Assembly (NCBI GenBank): GCA_041694815.1
Contig: JBGFSC010000015.1
Coordinates: 1 to 27,059 of the forward strand
Direction: 5' to 3'
DNA from: Elusimicrobiota bacterium
Lineage (GTDB): Bacteria; Elusimicrobiota; Elusimicrobia; UBA1565; JACRDR01
Length of the DNA: 27,059 nt
The position numbers and the translations under genes were made by a program. Below the pieces are notes generated by a model, which was not told where the DNA came from, searched no databases, and saw only the letters and a program-made list of their open reading frames with translations. Each line of letters opens with the position of its first letter. Within the stretch, counting starts at the first letter, position 1. This document shows positions 24,629-27,059 of this stretch, one piece after another.

Positions 24629-25468
24629 TCAAGCCTTCTCCGAGGGAACCCGCCGCGGGCGCGGGCCGCCGCCAAGCAGGTCCAGGGCGCCGCGGCCGAG
24701 GCAGTGGCCGCCGTCGGCCACCAGGGTCGCTCCATTGATGTATTCCCCCAGAGGCGAGCAGAGGTAAAGCACCAGGTTCGATACGTCCTCCTCGCGACCG
24801 AATCGTCCGGCCGGAATGGAGGCCAGCAGGCGTTGGGACATCTCGGGCTGCGGCCAGAGCCGCTCCCGCGCGCCCGGAGTGTCAATGAAGCCTGGGGCGA
24901 TCGCATTGACGCGCACGCCGCGCCCCGCCCACTCGGCGCCGAGGCTCCGCGTCATGGCCAAGACGCCCGCCTTGGCGGAGACGGAGGGGAGCAGCCCAGG
25001 CGCTCCCGTCCAGGCGTAGGTCGCTATCACATTGACGATGGAGCCGCCGCCGCGACGCAGCATGTGCCGGCCGGCCTCGATCGCGCAATAGAAGCTGCCG
25101 TTGAGCACGATGTCGACGACCTTCTTCCAGCGGATCGGCGTGAGGGACTCGGAGGGGCGGATGAAGTTGGCCGCGGCGTTGTTGACGAGGATGTCGACGC
25201 GCCCGAACGCGGAGAGAACCGACTCCATGAGTTCCTTAACTTGATCAGGATCGGCGACGTCGGTCGGACGCGCCAGGGCGCGGCGGCCGAGCCGCTCGAT
25301 CTCCGCCGCGGCCTCCCGCAGCGGCCCCTCGTGCCGCGCGGCGACCGCGACATCGGCCCCGTGGGCGGCCAGCTCCCGCGAGATGACGCGGCCGATCCCC
25401 GTGCCGCCACCCGTCACGAGGGCGACCTTGCCTGCGAGTAGGTCGCGCTTAAACGGCGACTCGCTCAT
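24629..25468 (-). CDS. SDR oxidoreductase, 2,4-dienoyl-CoA reductase-like (Bacillus FadH / peroxisomal DECR2 type)
   Basis: TGGGTGIG, NNAAANFI.P.E.LT...WK.VVDIVLNGSF, ATYAWTG.PG, SxxAK instead of YxxxK, EW...GVRVNAIAPG. Confidence 0.9.
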   Translation of the reverse strand: MSESPFKRDLLAGKVALVTGGGTGIGRVISRELAAHGADVAVAARHEGPLREAAAEIERLGRRALARPTDVADPDQVKELMESVLSAFGRVDILVNNAAANFIRPSESLTPIRWKKVVDIVLNGSFYCAIEAGRHMLRRGGGSIVNVIATYAWTGAPGLLPSVSAKAGVLAMTRSLGAEWAGRGVRVNAIAPGFIDTPGARERLWPQPEMSQRLLASIPAGRFGREEDVSNLVLYLCSPLGEYINGATLVADGGHCLGRGALDLLGGGPRPRRVPSEKA

Positions 25469-26256
25469 TCCCAGCGGGGGCGGCGCTTCTCCCTCATGGC
25501 CGCCATGCCCTCGCGGGCCTCGGGCCCGGAGAAGAGCCGTCGGGAGTCCTCCATGGCTTCCTTAAAAAGGCGCTCGTTGTCCGGGGAGCGGACGTCGTAT
25601 AGGGCCGCCTTGATCGAGGCGTAGGCCTGGGGCGGCAGCTTGGAAAGGGACTTGGCCTCGGAGGCCGCGGCGGCGCGCAGCTCGGCCGCGGGGACCAGCC
25701 GGTCCACGAGGCCGGCCTGCAGCGCCTCCTGGGCCTTGAGGGTCTCGCCTCGGAGGACCATGTCGCGCACGACGGAACGGCTCGAGCAGATCTTGAGCAT
25801 CCTGGAGATGAGCACTCCGGTCGGGGATATCCCCAGGCGCACCTCGTTGAGGGCGATGCGGCCATTTTCCTCCGCCATGAGGCGGAAGTCGCAGGCCATC
25901 GCGAGCACCCAGCCCCCCGCCATGGCGTAGCCGCCGATCGCAGCAATGGTGGGCTTGGGTACGGCCGCGAGGGTCCGATGGAGGGCGATAATTTTCCACA
26001 TCGCGTCGCCGCGCTCGGCTTCCGGCAGCGAGAGTATCTCCTCGAGGTCTAAACCGGCCGCGAAGTACTTAGGGAGGGCCGAGGCGAGTACTACGCAACG
26101 GACCGATGGATCGGTCCCGGCGGAGGTGAAGGTTTCCGAAAGGGTGCGGAGCATCTCCTGAGAGAGGTTATTGGAGGGGGGGCGGTTGAGGGTGACCCAC
26201 AAAGCGCCCTCCTCCCTGCTCGTTTCTATCGAACTCCCCGTGGTGGTTTGGCTCAT
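25465..26256 (-). CDS. enoyl-CoA hydratase/isomerase family, delta3-delta2 isomerase-like
   Basis: TLNRPP.N, F.AGLDL, AIGGYAMAGGWVLAMACDFR (first crotonase Glu absent), IALNEVRLGI; ATG 26256 with SD GGAGGT. Confidence 0.92.
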   Translation of the reverse strand: MSQTTTGSSIETSREEGALWVTLNRPPSNNLSQEMLRTLSETFTSAGTDPSVRCVVLASALPKYFAAGLDLEEILSLPEAERGDAMWKIIALHRTLAAVPKPTIAAIGGYAMAGGWVLAMACDFRLMAEENGRIALNEVRLGISPTGVLISRMLKICSSRSVVRDMVLRGETLKAQEALQAGLVDRLVPAAELRAAAASEAKSLSKLPPQAYASIKAALYDVRSPDNERLFKEAMEDSRRLFSGPEAREGMAAMREKRRPRWE

Positions 26257-26303
26257 CGCGACCTCCCTGTACGGCGCCATCTTATCATAAAATGCGGGGA
26301 GCG

Positions 26304-26969
26304 ATGACCGTGCTCTACGAGGACGACGCTCTGCTGGGGGTCGACAAGCCCGCGGGAATGTTAGTCGTGGCCGGGAGGGGTCCGGCGGCCGAGGAAAATA
26401 CGGTTTTAAAACAGTTTTCGAAGCAAGCGGGAAGGCGTTTATTCGTGGTCCACCGCCTCGACCGGGATACCAGCGGGGTGCTATTGTTTGCCAAGCGGGC
26501 CGATGCGCATCGCAAGCTCTGCGGATTATTCGAATCGAGAAGGGTGCATAAAACCTATTTGGCTATCGTCGACGGCGTGGTGGGTAAGCCAGGTGTCATC
26601 GATAAGCCGATTAGGGAATTCGGCTCCGGACGCATGGGGGTTTCGTGCGGCGGGAAACCCTCAAAGACGCGTTATAAGCCTCTTGAAAGCAGGGGCAATG
26701 CTTCGCTGTTGGAAGTTGAACCGGAAAGCGGGAGAAGGCATCAGATTCGAGTCCATCTCCATTCGATCGGACATCCGGTGCTGGGAGATCCTTTATATGG
26801 AAAGAAGACCGGCCTTTCGGAAAAAGCCCCACGCCTCATGCTTCATGCCTGGAAGCTTGAATTTAGTTGGATGGGTAAAAAGTTGAAGTTAACGGCTTCT
26901 AGGCCCATTGATTTCGATGGTTTCTTAGAAGGATTAAGAAATCACTCCTGTCCGGTTAAAATAGCGTAG
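26304..26969 (+). CDS. RluA-family pseudouridine synthase
   Basis: LYED....VDKPAG, VHRLDRDTSGVLLFAK, K.YLAIV.G, GRRHQIRVHL..IGHPVLGD.LY, LMLHA..L; SD GGGAG before ATG 26304. Confidence 0.95.
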   Translation: MTVLYEDDALLGVDKPAGMLVVAGRGPAAEENTVLKQFSKQAGRRLFVVHRLDRDTSGVLLFAKRADAHRKLCGLFESRRVHKTYLAIVDGVVGKPGVIDKPIREFGSGRMGVSCGGKPSKTRYKPLESRGNASLLEVEPESGRRHQIRVHLHSIGHPVLGDPLYGKKTGLSEKAPRLMLHAWKLEFSWMGKKLKLTASRPIDFDGFLEGLRNHSCPVKIA

Positions 26970-27059
26970 GCGCCCTTCGTCATTGGTAGAATGTTTCTGC
27001 GAGGAAGCAATCTACCGACGGAGGACGCCTATGCCTCATTATAACACAGTCCTGCATCA
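26943..27059 (+). mobile_element. 5' end of an IS4-family insertion sequence (left inverted repeat, promoter, transposase start)
   Basis: CACTCCTGTCCGGTTAAA (26943-26960) is the inverse of 102-119; then TGGTAGAAT extended -10, SD GGAGG, and ATG 27031. Confidence 0.82.
27031..27059 (+). CDS. IS4-family transposase N-terminus (DUF4372 type; partial at window edge)
   Basis: MPHYNTVLH.. matches the MxHxNTVFxQL start typical of these transposases. Confidence 0.72.

Noticed and set aside
1..27059. Circular element or plasmid closed through a single IS
   Set aside because: The inner flanks share only AT rather than a typical IS4-length duplication, and the content is chromosomal housekeeping with no replication genes.

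Overview
High-GC bacterial chromosomal segment. The gene mix (PorV/PorQ-type barrel beside an FlgD-Ig-tailed secreted protein, HEAT protein, long coiled coil) suggests Elusimicrobiota or a similar lineage; this is an inference. The window starts in the 3' end of an IS4-family element and ends in the 5' end of a same-orientation copy, with matching terminal inverted repeats at 102-119 and 26943-26960. In between, in order: a brnT/CopG-type toxin-antitoxin pair with a triple operator; tRNA-Arg(UCG); a membrane protein; a CheY-like receiver; a HEAT / M4-M36-type peptidase / PorV-like operon; an HNH nuclease and a DUF255-type protein. A long minus-strand run follows: glpK, typA, galT, SGNH, a 59-aa DUF5989/SxtK-like peptide missing from the ORF track, SxtJ-like, and a carbamoyltransferase. 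After it come a ParB/Srx-motif protein, PHP protein and uppP; a coiled-coil protein; ytxH-like; enoyl-CoA isomerase, dienoyl-CoA reductase and OmpR-type regulator; and an RluA-family synthase. The best lead is the carbamoyltransferase module: its microprotein ends in PFIYTLF, resembling the DltX/AlgI tyrosine acyl-carrier motif, and it lies next to an SGNH enzyme, which suggests a tyrosine-relayed surface carbamoylation system. Other leads are a T9SS-like cargo/shuttle pair, a candidate sRNA or attenuator upstream of glpK, and phased 11-bp boxes upstream of ytxH. All family calls come from motif recognition by eye, not database searches.
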